Below are positions 50,706 through 60,703 of a DNA stretch of 64,000 nucleotides, one piece after another; positions within the stretch are counted from its first letter, which is position 1, and every line of letters begins with the position of its first letter. This DNA comes from Candidatus Cloacimonadales bacterium (lineage in GTDB: Bacteria; Cloacimonadota; Cloacimonadia; Cloacimonadales; JAIOQZ01), in contig CAXXTU010000002.1 in NCBI GenBank assembly GCA_963662655.2, positions 2,688,001 to 2,752,000 of the forward strand, read 5' to 3'. Position numbers and translations under genes: made by a program. Under the pieces are notes generated by a model. The model was not told where the DNA came from and made no database searches. It saw only the letters and a list, made by a program, of their open reading frames with translations.

Positions 50706-53660
50706 TCACTCAACTTGATGATTTCCCCGCAGCACCTCATCCACATTCACAGCCACAGCGAAATCCACGTCCAGTTTGTCGAAATGCGCCTGTCCGCACT
50801 GGATTTTCTGGTTCTCGGACGCTCTTCGCTTGTCCGGATCATGGGTGCTCTTGGTTTCGCGGACGAGATAGAGCTTGTTGTCATGCTCGGTCACCACTGC
50901 CCAGTCGGGATTGTAGCTGCCGATGGGCGTCGGTACCTTGAACCAGTGGGGCAGCTTGCAGAAGAACTTCACGTTCTCGTTCTGGTCGAGCTTCTGTGCA
51001 ATCTCGCGCTCGACTTCCGAATCGACGACAATGCTGTCGTATGGCGTGCGGTTGTCCTTGCTCTGCACCTCGTAAAGCCGCTTCAGGTACTCGGTCAGCT
51101 CGATCTGCTTGCCTTCGTCGTCCAGCTCGAACTGCTCCATAAGGAAGTAGGTGTCCGGTATCTTCTCGTACTGGATGCCATCGATAATCATCTCGTTCAA
51201 GGCGCGTTTGATCTGCCTCGAGACAGCCGTCATGAAGCTCTGCGGATTCTTGCGGAACTGCCCGATTTTGCCGGAGCGAGCCAGTATATCCAGGAGCGTC
51301 TGTCGCGTGAGTTCCGTCTCGCGCTGAAGGAACGCAAGGATATCCGGCAAGCCGCCCTGAATCTTCACCTCTTCCGAGTAGGTATCCACCGTCTTTCCAT
51401 CGATACCGCTCTTCTTCATATCCACCTCTGTCCGGTCGATGTACAGCATCAGCGGTTCGATATCCGGCATCTGCTGAATGTAGGCAGACGCCCGGTCGAT
51501 GAGGTCTTGCGTGCTGAACTGCACCCTGTATCGCGTCTTCTGGCTGATGCGCTGCCATAGCTCTTTGAAATCCTCGTTGAGCATCACCCGCTTGTTGAAG
51601 CGCACCGTTCGTTTCGTGGAAGCTTTCTGAATGCGATTGCGCAATGTGAAGCCCTTCAGAACTTCCTTCACCTGCGCTTCCAAAGGCTTGAAGCAATCCG
51701 GCAGGGCGAGTGGTCGCTCCGGATCGAACACATCGGTTATGCTGGCGACATTGTCCTCGCGAAGCAGATAACCCTCGCGGATCAACGCCTGCCACAGCTC
51801 CTTCGACTGCTCCTGCCCAATCCTGGCTCCAGCCACATCAACAACGTTGGCGAACGCGATCGGCGACACCTTGCCAAACTGGATACCGCACTCACGCTCG
51901 TAATCGGTCTGAAGCCCCCTGGCGTATTGCTCGAACGACTCGGAAGCGATGACGGTGAGGCGGTTCACGTTGCGGTCATGCACCCGCTCGCCGTTCTGGT
52001 TAACCGGCAGGCGAAGTCCGCGCCCAAGCGTCTGACGTCGCTGGCGTTCCGTGTTCATATCGCGCAGGGAGCATATCTGGAACACGTTCGGGTTGTCCCA
52101 GCCCTCTTTCAATGCAGAATGACTGAAGATGAAGCGTAAGGGCTCGGTGTTGGAAAGCAACTTCTCCTTGTCCTGCATGATGAGATGATAGGTATCCTCG
52201 TCGGCCTGCGTCGAGCCGCTGGTGTCTTTCTCGATAACGCGACCCTTCTTCTTATCCACCGAGAAATAGCCGTTGTGCACCTCGTCGGCCGGGAAGGGAA
52301 TCAAGCCCATGTATTCCTGCTTGTTCGCAAACTCGTTATAGACTTCCTCGAACCACCGGGCGACCATACCCTTCTCCACAGAACCATCCTCGTTGTACAG
52401 GCGATAGCTCTTCACCTGATGCACGAAGAACAGGGTTAAAACCTTGATGCCCTGCCCCTTGAGCCGTTTCTCCTTCTCGAAATGATGCTGCACGGCAAGG
52501 CGCACCTGCTCCTTCAGCATCGCTTCGGCCAGACCGCCAAGCTCCTTGCCGGGTTCCAGCCGCACACCGTTGGCGAACTCCACATGCTCGTCGCCCGGTT
52601 GCAAGCTGATGCGAGTAACTCTGTAGCCCTCGTAGCCCGGATAGTTCGTCTTGTCGGCAAGGTCGGCGCGGTGCTTGAGGGTCACTGGTTTCTTCTTCAC
52701 CTCGGCGTTCCTGCCGTAGCTCATTACCTTCACCTTCGCCTGTGGGGTCTTGCCATTCTTGGGATAGCCGATCGACTCCAAACTCAAGTACACATCGGTG
52801 ACGCTGTCCTCGGTGCGGATGGAATCCACCTCGATCTGCTTCACGAGTCCCATATCGTAGGCTTGAATCGGATCGAGGCGATAGACAAGATTGTAGGGGT
52901 TGATATGCGTGGCGGAATATCGCAGGGCGAGAAGCGGGTTCAGCTCTTTGATGGCGTCCTTCGAGACCTCCGCCGTGTCCACGCTCTGCGGCTCGTCGAT
53001 GATGACGATGGGCCGCGTGCGCTGGATGTACTCGATCGGCTTGCCGCCGTTCATGTTGTCGCGTTCCTGATGGATGACGTTGATATCCTTCTTGCGGAAC
53101 GCCTGAATGTTGATGATCATGATCTGGATGGCGGAAGAGACGGCGAACGAATTGACCTCGCCAAGCTTGTCGGAGCTATACACGAAGCTGTTGAAGCTCA
53201 CGTTGTTGTAGAGACCCTTGAAGTGATCGGTCATCAGGCGGATGGACGAGGTGACGCCCTCGCGGATGGCAACCGACGGCACCACGATGATGAACTTGCT
53301 ATAGCCGTAACGCTTGTGCAGCTCGAAGATGGTGCGCAGATAGACGTAGGTCTTGCCGGTGCCGGTCTCCATCTCCACGCTGAAGTTGGGGAAGCTGTAG
53401 CTGTCGTCCGGGGCGATGATTTGCGTCGATTTCTCGATCTGGTTGCGCTGCTGCACGGTGTGCAGGTTCTTCAGCATCGCCTCGTCGTTGGGCAGCAGAG
53501 CGTTGGCATACACGCCTTCGTCCAGCTTGCTGGCGCCGTATTGCAGGCCCTGACTCAGCTCGAAGTCGGACTGGCGCGGGGGCAGACCCGTGAACAGGTC
53601 GCACACGGCGTTGATGGCGTCTTGCTGGAATTGCAGGTTGGCGTCGAACTTCAGTTTCAC
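50706..53660 (-). CDS. res: Type III restriction endonuclease Res
   Basis: EMETGTGKT, IIDEPQ, EGWDNPN, QTLGRGLR, YNPDW...ETK. Confidence 0.93.
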   Translation of the reverse strand: MKLKFDANLQFQQDAINAVCDLFTGLPPRQSDFELSQGLQYGASKLDEGVYANALLPNDEAMLKNLHTVQQRNQIEKSTQIIAPDDSYSFPNFSVEMETGTGKTYVYLRTIFELHKRYGYSKFIIVVPSVAIREGVTSSIRLMTDHFKGLYNNVSFNSFVYSSDKLGEVNSFAVSSAIQIMIINIQAFRKKDINVIHQERDNMNGGKPIEYIQRTRPIVIIDEPQSVDTAEVSKDAIKELNPLLALRYSATHINPYNLVYRLDPIQAYDMGLVKQIEVDSIRTEDSVTDVYLSLESIGYPKNGKTPQAKVKVMSYGRNAEVKKKPVTLKHRADLADKTNYPGYEGYRVTRISLQPGDEHVEFANGVRLEPGKELGGLAEAMLKEQVRLAVQHHFEKEKRLKGQGIKVLTLFFVHQVKSYRLYNEDGSVEKGMVARWFEEVYNEFANKQEYMGLIPFPADEVHNGYFSVDKKKGRVIEKDTSGSTQADEDTYHLIMQDKEKLLSNTEPLRFIFSHSALKEGWDNPNVFQICSLRDMNTERQRRQTLGRGLRLPVNQNGERVHDRNVNRLTVIASESFEQYARGLQTDYERECGIQFGKVSPIAFANVVDVAGARIGQEQSKELWQALIREGYLLREDNVASITDVFDPERPLALPDCFKPLEAQVKEVLKGFTLRNRIQKASTKRTVRFNKRVMLNEDFKELWQRISQKTRYRVQFSTQDLIDRASAYIQQMPDIEPLMLYIDRTEVDMKKSGIDGKTVDTYSEEVKIQGGLPDILAFLQRETELTRQTLLDILARSGKIGQFRKNPQSFMTAVSRQIKRALNEMIIDGIQYEKIPDTYFLMEQFELDDEGKQIELTEYLKRLYEVQSKDNRTPYDSIVVDSEVEREIAQKLDQNENVKFFCKLPHWFKVPTPIGSYNPDWAVVTEHDNKLYLVRETKSTHDPDKRRASENQKIQCGQAHFDKLDVDFAVAVNVDEVLRGNHQVE

Positions 53661-53669
53661 AGCCGCCCC

Positions 53670-55691
53670 CTACACCGTGCGGAAGATGATCGGTTCGGCG
53701 TCGGCGCGGTCTTCGTTGAGCGCTTTGAAGGTCTGCGCGGCGTTGGCCTTGAGCTGGTCGTTGCCGTGGAAGGCGCTATCGAGGCAGATGAACTGCATAG
53801 GCTGCCGCGCCACCACTTCGTCCACAAGCTCCTGCGTGATCTCGTTTTCCAGGCACAGCATCAGCGCGCCATCGGCGATGGAATACACCCGCTTCCCGGC
53901 CAGTTGGAGTGTCTCCATCGGCTCGGTGAGGGTGTAGCCTGCCTTCAGCAGTATCTCAAAGAGGATGTCCTCCTCGGTGGCGTTCTCGTCGAGGTGGAAC
54001 ACGTGCTGGTGCAGGTAGTCGAGAATCTCCTCCTCGGTGGCGTCCACGCTGAGGTCTTGCCACACGCGGAAGTTGGAGCGCGCCAGCTTAAACACGCGAA
54101 AGCCGAGGTCTTGCGGCGATTTTTCCTCTTCCAGTCCGGGCAGCGTGGGTTCCTTCTCGGCCTGCTCCGCCCTGATCTTTTGAATGACGCGTCGGATGCG
54201 TTCCTTGCCGATCTCGGCGATGGTTCTTGGGACACCAAGCCTGTCGCAGAACTTGATTGCTGTCTTGTTTTTCTTTTTCCTTTCCTCTGTATCATCCAGT
54301 GATTCAGGATATTGAACCATAACATATTGTCGCTGTCCGTCATCTTCGAGATTCAACGAGAATACTGCATGCGCAAAGGTACAGGTTCCTGCAAAGAAAT
54401 CAACCACAATTGAGTCATCATTACTTCCTAAAGACAGAAGCCTTTGTAAGTAATCTGAGCCTTTCGGAAAATCGAAAAGTTTCTCACCCCCAAAGAGATC
54501 TTTCAATTCAGAAGTTCCGCTTCGAAACTTCATCAAATTCTTTGGAGTATTGAATCCAGATTGGCGAAAGAAAACACCATAATCATTACCTTTTTTTTCT
54601 ATGATGACTTCCGCTTTTCTCTCTATGAATCCCTCAAAACCCCATCTCCATCTATGAAGTTTGTTGTTTCGACTTCCTGGGCGTATGGCAATGTATCCTT
54701 TATCAATCAGATCTTGACGTGTTGAATAGACTTGTTCCTCAAGATTCAAGTGGATTTTTGTTTTATCGTAATCATTCACAGGAAAGAAATCACCTGTTGT
54801 CGGATTATAATAGATACTATAACCCATATCAGGTCGTGTTTCAAGCGGCGTAGGTGCATCGTTCAGATTTCGTAAGGAGTCATCGACCTTATCAACATGG
54901 TTGATTACCATTTGACTTGCTGAAAGGGCATACACTAAACAGTACTCAGTATTTGTTTGAATTTGAATACCTTCACCAGATTGATTTGCTCCAGTGATTA
55001 GAACTATCTGAGCCAGAAAATTCCCCTCCCCAAACACCTCATTGCAAAGCTTCTTGAGGTTATCCACCTCGTTGTCGTCAATACTGATGAAGATGACGCC
55101 GTCCTCGCGCAGGAGGTTGCGCGCCAGGTAGAGGCGTGGGTACATCATGTTGAGCCAGTTGGTGTGGTAGCGGCCCTCGGTGGCGGCGTTGGTGGTGAGC
55201 TTGCGGCCCTCTTCGTCGGTCTGTCCGGTGAGTTCGAGGTAGTTTGCCAGGTTGTCGTGGTAGTTGTCCTTGTACACGAAGTCCTTGCCGGTGTTGTAGG
55301 GCGGATCGATGTAGATCATCTTCACCTTGCCGAAGTAGCTCTTCTGCAACAGGCGCAGCACTTCGAGGTTGTCGCCCTCGAGGAACAGGTTCTGCGTGGC
55401 GTCGAAATCGACGCTTTCGTCGCGGCAGGGTTTGAGGGTGGCGGTGGTGCGCTGCTGCAGAATGCGCATGGCGTCGCGTTTGCCGGGCCAGTTCATGCCG
55501 TAGCGTTCGCGGCGGTTCTCGAACACCTCGGAGAACTCGCCCAGCGCGGCTTTCAGCTTCTCCCAGTCAATGCCTTCCACGGGGTTGCCGCGCTCGTCGA
55601 GGCTCTCGGTAAACACCTCGGGGAGCAGTTGTTTCAGTTGCGTTCGTTTATCTTCAGCCACCGGTTCGGTGCGCAGGTCGATTTTTTTCAT
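53670..55691 (-). CDS. mod: Type III DNA methyltransferase Mod
   Basis: EGDNLEVL, IYIDPPYNTG, FDFPK, DFFAGTCT. Confidence 0.93.
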   Translation of the reverse strand: MKKIDLRTEPVAEDKRTQLKQLLPEVFTESLDERGNPVEGIDWEKLKAALGEFSEVFENRRERYGMNWPGKRDAMRILQQRTTATLKPCRDESVDFDATQNLFLEGDNLEVLRLLQKSYFGKVKMIYIDPPYNTGKDFVYKDNYHDNLANYLELTGQTDEEGRKLTTNAATEGRYHTNWLNMMYPRLYLARNLLREDGVIFISIDDNEVDNLKKLCNEVFGEGNFLAQIVLITGANQSGEGIQIQTNTEYCLVYALSASQMVINHVDKVDDSLRNLNDAPTPLETRPDMGYSIYYNPTTGDFFPVNDYDKTKIHLNLEEQVYSTRQDLIDKGYIAIRPGSRNNKLHRWRWGFEGFIERKAEVIIEKKGNDYGVFFRQSGFNTPKNLMKFRSGTSELKDLFGGEKLFDFPKGSDYLQRLLSLGSNDDSIVVDFFAGTCTFAHAVFSLNLEDDGQRQYVMVQYPESLDDTEERKKKNKTAIKFCDRLGVPRTIAEIGKERIRRVIQKIRAEQAEKEPTLPGLEEEKSPQDLGFRVFKLARSNFRVWQDLSVDATEEEILDYLHQHVFHLDENATEEDILFEILLKAGYTLTEPMETLQLAGKRVYSIADGALMLCLENEITQELVDEVVARQPMQFICLDSAFHGNDQLKANAAQTFKALNEDRADAEPIIFRTV

Positions 55692-55805
55692 GATTCCTCC
55701 AAAGAAGTGCGTATATCTCACAAACAAGTTTCCTATTCAACTTGCAAGTAAGCGAAACATGAAAAAAAGCACAAGGAAAAAATCGCCGGCGGCTTGAAAC
55801 ATCCG

Positions 55806-55856
55806 TGGTAAGCGTGGGCAAGCCGCTTTGCCATGCTTACATCCCCTTCCTACTCT
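55806..55856 (+). promoter_or_regulatory. Putative late promoter 2
   Basis: Motif shared with 41541; TTGCCA-N17-TACTCT, ATG 6 nt later. Confidence 0.55.
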
Positions 55857-55862
55857 CGCCCC

Positions 55863-56249
55863 ATGAAACAGATTGATTTGATCGACTGGGACCGCATCCG
55901 GTACTTCCGCAAGAGCGAGTTCGTCTGCCCGTGCTGCGGCAGGGTTGAACTCGACGCCACCTTCGTGTTGAAGCTGGACTTGGCGCGCGAAATCGCTGAC
56001 GTGCCGTTTGTGATTACGAGCGGCTATCGCTGCCCTGCGCATAACGCAGAGGTAGGCGGGGTGAAGCAGTCCACACACATGGCTGGACTGGCCGCAGACA
56101 TCGCGTGTCCCGACAGCGTGACGAGGCTCAATATCCTGCGCGGCCTGATTGTGGCGGGTTTCCGTCGCATCGGCATCGGCAAGAACTTCATCCACTGCGA
56201 CGTGGACACGACCAAGCCCAACAACGTCTGGCTTTACGGGGATCGGTGA
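55863..56249 (+). CDS. Peptidase M15 endolysin
   Basis: EFVCPCCG, ITSGYRC..HN, STHM.GLAADI, FIHCD. Confidence 0.88.
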   Translation: MKQIDLIDWDRIRYFRKSEFVCPCCGRVELDATFVLKLDLAREIADVPFVITSGYRCPAHNAEVGGVKQSTHMAGLAADIACPDSVTRLNILRGLIVAGFRRIGIGKNFIHCDVDTTKPNNVWLYGDR

Positions 56250-56713
56250 TGGCTGTGCTGCCCGTTGCGACCGACAAGGCTGTCGCGATTCTGAACCTGA
56301 CCAGCGACCGACGCATTACCGCGACGTTCGAGGAGCACGCACCCGCCGTGATGCTGCTGTTGAAGCGCGTTTCGGACGTGGATGTGTGGGCCGACCTTCT
56401 CGCTGGCGAGGTCGACGACGACACCGCTGATAGCTACACCTTCGCGTACTGCTACCTGCTGCTGGCCGAGACGGTCGAACTGCTCAACCTGAAGACACTC
56501 GGCGAAGGCATCATCAAGACAACCGGCATCGATACGCAGCAGACCGAACTGCTGACCGGCTCCGAGGTGCAGGCGTTCCGCAAACACCTGACCATCAAGG
56601 CACTGGAAACCATAGAAGAATTTCTCAACGCAGACGGCTACTCACGGCTCCGCGAGCTGGCTCTCGGCGCCTCCCGACATCGAGTTTCCCGCACCAAGGC
56701 AAGCGTGATATGA
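56249..56713 (+). CDS. Probable head-tail adaptor
   Basis: Overlapping stop/start; position in virion operon. Confidence 0.4.
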   Translation: MAVLPVATDKAVAILNLTSDRRITATFEEHAPAVMLLLKRVSDVDVWADLLAGEVDDDTADSYTFAYCYLLLAETVELLNLKTLGEGIIKTTGIDTQQTELLTGSEVQAFRKHLTIKALETIEEFLNADGYSRLRELALGASRHRVSRTKASVI

Positions 56714-57180
56714 CCCCTTCCGACAACCCCGCCATCTACCGGGCCATCTTCGCGGCCATCGAGAGCCGTCTGCATCTCATTGGGAGCGTGATCGATGGGG
56801 AGGCGCGACGTCTGATATTGGAGCGTGACATCAAGGCCGAGGGCGACTTTCTTGCCAACACCGGCTATGAAGTCGAAGTGGGAAGCGCGTCCATCGACCT
56901 GATCGTCGGTTCCAACGTGCCGCACGAGCCGTTCGTGCTGGGCGGCAAGGTTCCCTCGTGGACACCGCTCGAGCCGCTCAAGGCGTGGGTGGAGCGTAAG
57001 AACCTGTCGTGGGTCGACAAGAAGAGCGGCAAGCAGCTCAGCGTCGAGCAAATGGCGTACATGATCCGCGCCAAGATCAAGCGTGAGGGCATCCCGGCGC
57101 GCAACGTATTCGCGGAAGTGATCAAGAACCGCGAGTCGTGGATCTTCCAGCAACTCGACAGCATCGAGGTGGCTCCATGA
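56710..57180 (+). CDS. Neck/tail-completion protein (HK97 gp10-like)
   Basis: VGSNVPHEPFV, PLKAWV, I.REGIPAR motifs. Confidence 0.6.
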   Translation: MTPSDNPAIYRAIFAAIESRLHLIGSVIDGEARRLILERDIKAEGDFLANTGYEVEVGSASIDLIVGSNVPHEPFVLGGKVPSWTPLEPLKAWVERKNLSWVDKKSGKQLSVEQMAYMIRAKIKREGIPARNVFAEVIKNRESWIFQQLDSIEVAP

Positions 57181-57554
57181 GCTACACCGAGACCCGCGAG
57201 CTGATCTGTAAGGCGTTGGAAGACAGCGGCATCGAGGTGGAGAACATCCGCTTCCACAAAGACGACATCCCGTCCGCATTCCCCGCCGCGATGGTGGTCT
57301 TGCAAGGAGAGAAAGGCGTCAACGGCACCAGCAAGCGGTACACGAGCATCGAGCACGACATCGGCGTGTTTCTCATCGTCGACGTGAATGACTCCGACGA
57401 CCCGGACAGCACGGTTCTCGCGCTCTCGGAGCGGTTCCGCGAGCAGTATCGCAAGCACATCGGGCGCGACATCCCGCAGGTCGAGTACTACGCCGCCAGA
57501 GCTGATTCGGGCCGTCGCGTCCGCATCGCGAAAGTACTTACGGTGACGCCATGA
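57177..57554 (+). CDS. Probable tail terminator
   Basis: FPAAMV motif, size and position. Confidence 0.4.
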   Translation: MSYTETRELICKALEDSGIEVENIRFHKDDIPSAFPAAMVVLQGEKGVNGTSKRYTSIEHDIGVFLIVDVNDSDDPDSTVLALSERFREQYRKHIGRDIPQVEYYAARADSGRRVRIAKVLTVTP

Positions 57555-58741
57555 GAGTGCGCAAGATCGGCGGGTTCAACGTCGGCTACAGCGACACCGA
57601 CGAGCTGCTCCAGAAGCGATACGGCGGTGTTTCAGCCGACTTAAACAATTGTAAGTGGACTGGCTCTCGTCGACTCACGAAGGCGCAGGAGCAGAAGAAA
57701 ATCGTTTCGTCGCCGTTCTCGATGAGTAACCTGCTGCGGTTGTTGGAGAAAGACGAGTATCACGCCGGGTGCGTCGCGGCCAAGATGAATGCGACAGTAA
57801 TGCAGGTGGAAGTCTCGAACTCAAGCCTGAAGAAATGGCTCCTCGAGGCGCAGTATCCGGGCAGCGAGGACGTGTCGTCCGTGCTGGCGGAGTTCCTCAA
57901 GTACTACCTGTCGTGCGGCAACGGCTTCCTCTTGAAGATGCGCAACACGAGAGGCCAGTGGGTCGGTCTGGAGCGACTCCTGCCCACCGAAACGCAGATC
58001 GTCGAGAACTACGACGAGTTCGGGTTCTTCCGTCCCGACTTCATCCAAGTCCGCAACGGCAAAAAGACCTTTTTCCCCGGAAACGACGTGATCCACTTCA
58101 AGCAGACGACCCACAAGTCCAACGCATGGGGCGTGGCTTGCCTGCCGGTCGCCGTGAATATCGAAATCCTCTCCGAGGTCAAAGTCTTCGACTACAACAA
58201 CTTCAAGAACGGCCTGCTCGTTGATTACTTCATGATCGTCGAGGGCGGCAGCCTGCGCGACGACGTGGTCGAGGACGCCGATGGCAACGAGGTATTGAAG
58301 GACGCTTTCACCGTCATCGAGGAGACGTTGCAAGCCGCCAAGGGAAACAACAAGTCGCACACGACCGTCCTCATCGAGACCGAGAACAAGGACGCTCGTA
58401 TCCGACTCGAACCGCTTCGCCAGCATGATCGCGACGGCGGGTTCATCACCCTCAAGAAAGACCTGCGCGAGGGGATTTTCGCCTACCATCGAGTCCCCGC
58501 GAGGATCGTTTCGCAGCTCATCCCGGGGCAACTCGGCGGCGACAACCGCTCCGACATGCTGATGTTCCACCACTTCGTGATCAAGCCGCTCCAGCACCGG
58601 CTCGGGCAGGTGTTGAGCAGCGCGTTCAACGCCGAGTTCGGCTGGAAGCTGACCCCCGCCGATTTCGACTTCGGCGACCTGACATCGATTTTCGAGAGCG
58701 AGGACGAGAAACTTTTCAATTCCAATAGATTAGGAGGCTAA
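57551..58741 (+). CDS. Portal protein (PBSX-like)
   Basis: YLSCGNGF, DVIHFK, YHRVPARI, IKPLQ. Confidence 0.8.
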   Translation: MRVRKIGGFNVGYSDTDELLQKRYGGVSADLNNCKWTGSRRLTKAQEQKKIVSSPFSMSNLLRLLEKDEYHAGCVAAKMNATVMQVEVSNSSLKKWLLEAQYPGSEDVSSVLAEFLKYYLSCGNGFLLKMRNTRGQWVGLERLLPTETQIVENYDEFGFFRPDFIQVRNGKKTFFPGNDVIHFKQTTHKSNAWGVACLPVAVNIEILSEVKVFDYNNFKNGLLVDYFMIVEGGSLRDDVVEDADGNEVLKDAFTVIEETLQAAKGNNKSHTTVLIETENKDARIRLEPLRQHDRDGGFITLKKDLREGIFAYHRVPARIVSQLIPGQLGGDNRSDMLMFHHFVIKPLQHRLGQVLSSAFNAEFGWKLTPADFDFGDLTSIFESEDEKLFNSNRLGG

Positions 58742-60478
58742 ATGCAAGAACGCAAAACCGTGCGCAAAGGCGAGTTGCGCAACGTCGAGGTGGAGCTCGT
58801 TTCGCTCCTGTTCGACGACATGAATCCCGCCAATCAGAAAGGCTTTGTGGTGAAAGCCGCGAGCGGAAAAGCGTACAAGGTGCGCGGCTCGTCGGTGAAG
58901 TTCAAGAGCGAGACGAAGGGGCGTCAGGGGCGGCTGTTCGTGACCCTGATGGAGCCGGACGTGAAGGACGCGCAGGGCGATTTCTACACCGCCGAGGAGA
59001 TTCAAAAAGCCTGCGACCACTTCAGCAAGCACGGCATGGTGGGCCGTAACGACATCAACCACAACAACCACCCGATCGACGACTTCTCGGTCGCGGAAAA
59101 CTACATCCTCAAGACCGAGGATCGCACGCACTTCCCCGACACGCGCATCGGAGCATGGGTGCAGGTCTTAAAGTGTGACGACCTCGAATCCGCGCTATGG
59201 AAGAAGGTTGAGAAGGGCGACTTCAACGGCGTCTCGATCTATGGACGGGCCGACGACTACAACGACACCGGCGAGACCTTGAAGGCCATCCGCGACGAGA
59301 TTGCGGGGCTGCGCGACCTGAAGAAGTCGCTCAAGGACGCCAACCGTGAAGCGGAACTGGAGTCCGCCATCGACGAGCTGGAGAGCAAGGTCTCGCGCCT
59401 CGAAAGCGGCATCGACGACGGTGGACTGCGCGAGGCCGTGAAGTCCATCGAGAAGAGCCTCGACAGCCTTTCCTCGACCATGAGTCGCGCGATTTCGAAG
59501 AGCATTCAGGGCGAACCCGACGCCGACGGCGGTGACCGCGAGGTGATCGTCAACGGCGAGAAGGTGTTGGTCAAAGCCGCGCACCGCGAGATCTACAAGG
59601 GCATCGCGGACGTCGATTCGGGCAAGGCGATGAGCATCCTCACGCCCAACAATACGAGCCTGTTCATCGACGAGGTCATCGGCTCCAAGCCCGGCGACAC
59701 GCTGACCGATATCTCCGTTATCCCGCTCCTGAAGGACGAGAAGATCGACGTCGGCCTCATCGAAGACCTGATCTTCCACAACAGCCTCGACGGTACGCTG
59801 AGTGCGCAGGACGTCGCTACCGCCGACCTTTCCTGTCCTACGGGCATCCTCATGGCCGAGTTCACGCTCGGGCGCGACGTCGTGGAGTTCTACAAGGACA
59901 AGTACGGCGAGGACGCGTTCGGGGCCTACGTCGAACAGCACATCGCACGCAAGACCGAGAAGGCGATGCGTCTGTTACTGTTCCGGGGCGACCGCACGTC
60001 CGCAACCGCCAAGCTGAAGGCTCTCAACGGTCTCGTGAAGCTTGCCACCGACGGAACCGACGTCACCGCCATCAGTCCCACCACCTACGACGAGTGGACC
60101 GAACGGTTCGAGCAGGTGCTGCTGGGCTTCACCGACGAGATGCTCGAGGAACAGGAGAGCTTCCGTATCTATGTGAGCCACAAGGATCTGATTCGCATCC
60201 GCACGGAGCTTGGCCAGCGCGAGACCAACAAGGGCGACAAGCTGCTCCTGGAGGGCGGCAAGGTCAGCTTCAGCGGCATCCCGGTCAAGGCACGGCTCCT
60301 GCCCGACAACTACATCGTCTGCGGTCTGACGAAGTTCATCATCATCGGCTATCGCACAGACGCCGAACTCAAGGTCGAGCACCACGGCGCGGACTGGAAG
60401 TACCACTGGTACATCCGCATCCGGCCCGGCATCACCTACGTTCCGGGCTTCGTGAAATTCTACCAACTCACTGACTAA
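58742..60478 (+). CDS. XkdF-like prohead protease fused to major capsid protein
   Basis: EPDVKDAQGD...EIQKAC..F...DINH...LWKKVEKGDFNGVSIYG, coiled-coil linker, capsid-like C-terminal half. Confidence 0.75.
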   Translation: MQERKTVRKGELRNVEVELVSLLFDDMNPANQKGFVVKAASGKAYKVRGSSVKFKSETKGRQGRLFVTLMEPDVKDAQGDFYTAEEIQKACDHFSKHGMVGRNDINHNNHPIDDFSVAENYILKTEDRTHFPDTRIGAWVQVLKCDDLESALWKKVEKGDFNGVSIYGRADDYNDTGETLKAIRDEIAGLRDLKKSLKDANREAELESAIDELESKVSRLESGIDDGGLREAVKSIEKSLDSLSSTMSRAISKSIQGEPDADGGDREVIVNGEKVLVKAAHREIYKGIADVDSGKAMSILTPNNTSLFIDEVIGSKPGDTLTDISVIPLLKDEKIDVGLIEDLIFHNSLDGTLSAQDVATADLSCPTGILMAEFTLGRDVVEFYKDKYGEDAFGAYVEQHIARKTEKAMRLLLFRGDRTSATAKLKALNGLVKLATDGTDVTAISPTTYDEWTERFEQVLLGFTDEMLEEQESFRIYVSHKDLIRIRTELGQRETNKGDKLLLEGGKVSFSGIPVKARLLPDNYIVCGLTKFIIIGYRTDAELKVEHHGADWKYHWYIRIRPGITYVPGFVKFYQLTD

Positions 60479-60493
60479 CCAAAGGAGGACAAT

Positions 60494-60694
60494 ATGTGGA
60501 AATGGATATTGAAGCAAGCGATCAAGGCCCTCGCAGAGCCGATTGTGGACGCAGTCATCAGCGCGCTGGAGGCCCTGGCCAAGCGTAGCGAAAACACCAT
60601 CGACGACGCCTTCGTGGCGAAGTTCCGCGAGTTCAAGGAAGCCATTGTCGGCTTCATCCTCGCGCACTGCGGCGACATCGTCAAACGCGCGTAG
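60494..60694 (+). CDS. Small phage protein
   Basis: AAGGAGG RBS; SENTIDD motif. Confidence 0.55.
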   Translation: MWKWILKQAIKALAEPIVDAVISALEALAKRSENTIDDAFVAKFREFKEAIVGFILAHCGDIVKRA

Positions 60695-60703
60695 GGAGCG
60701 TAC

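Noticed and set aside
55682..55688. Phase variation of mod via an A7 tract after the start codon
   Set aside because: Tract is short and encodes ordinary Lys-Lys; gene is in frame
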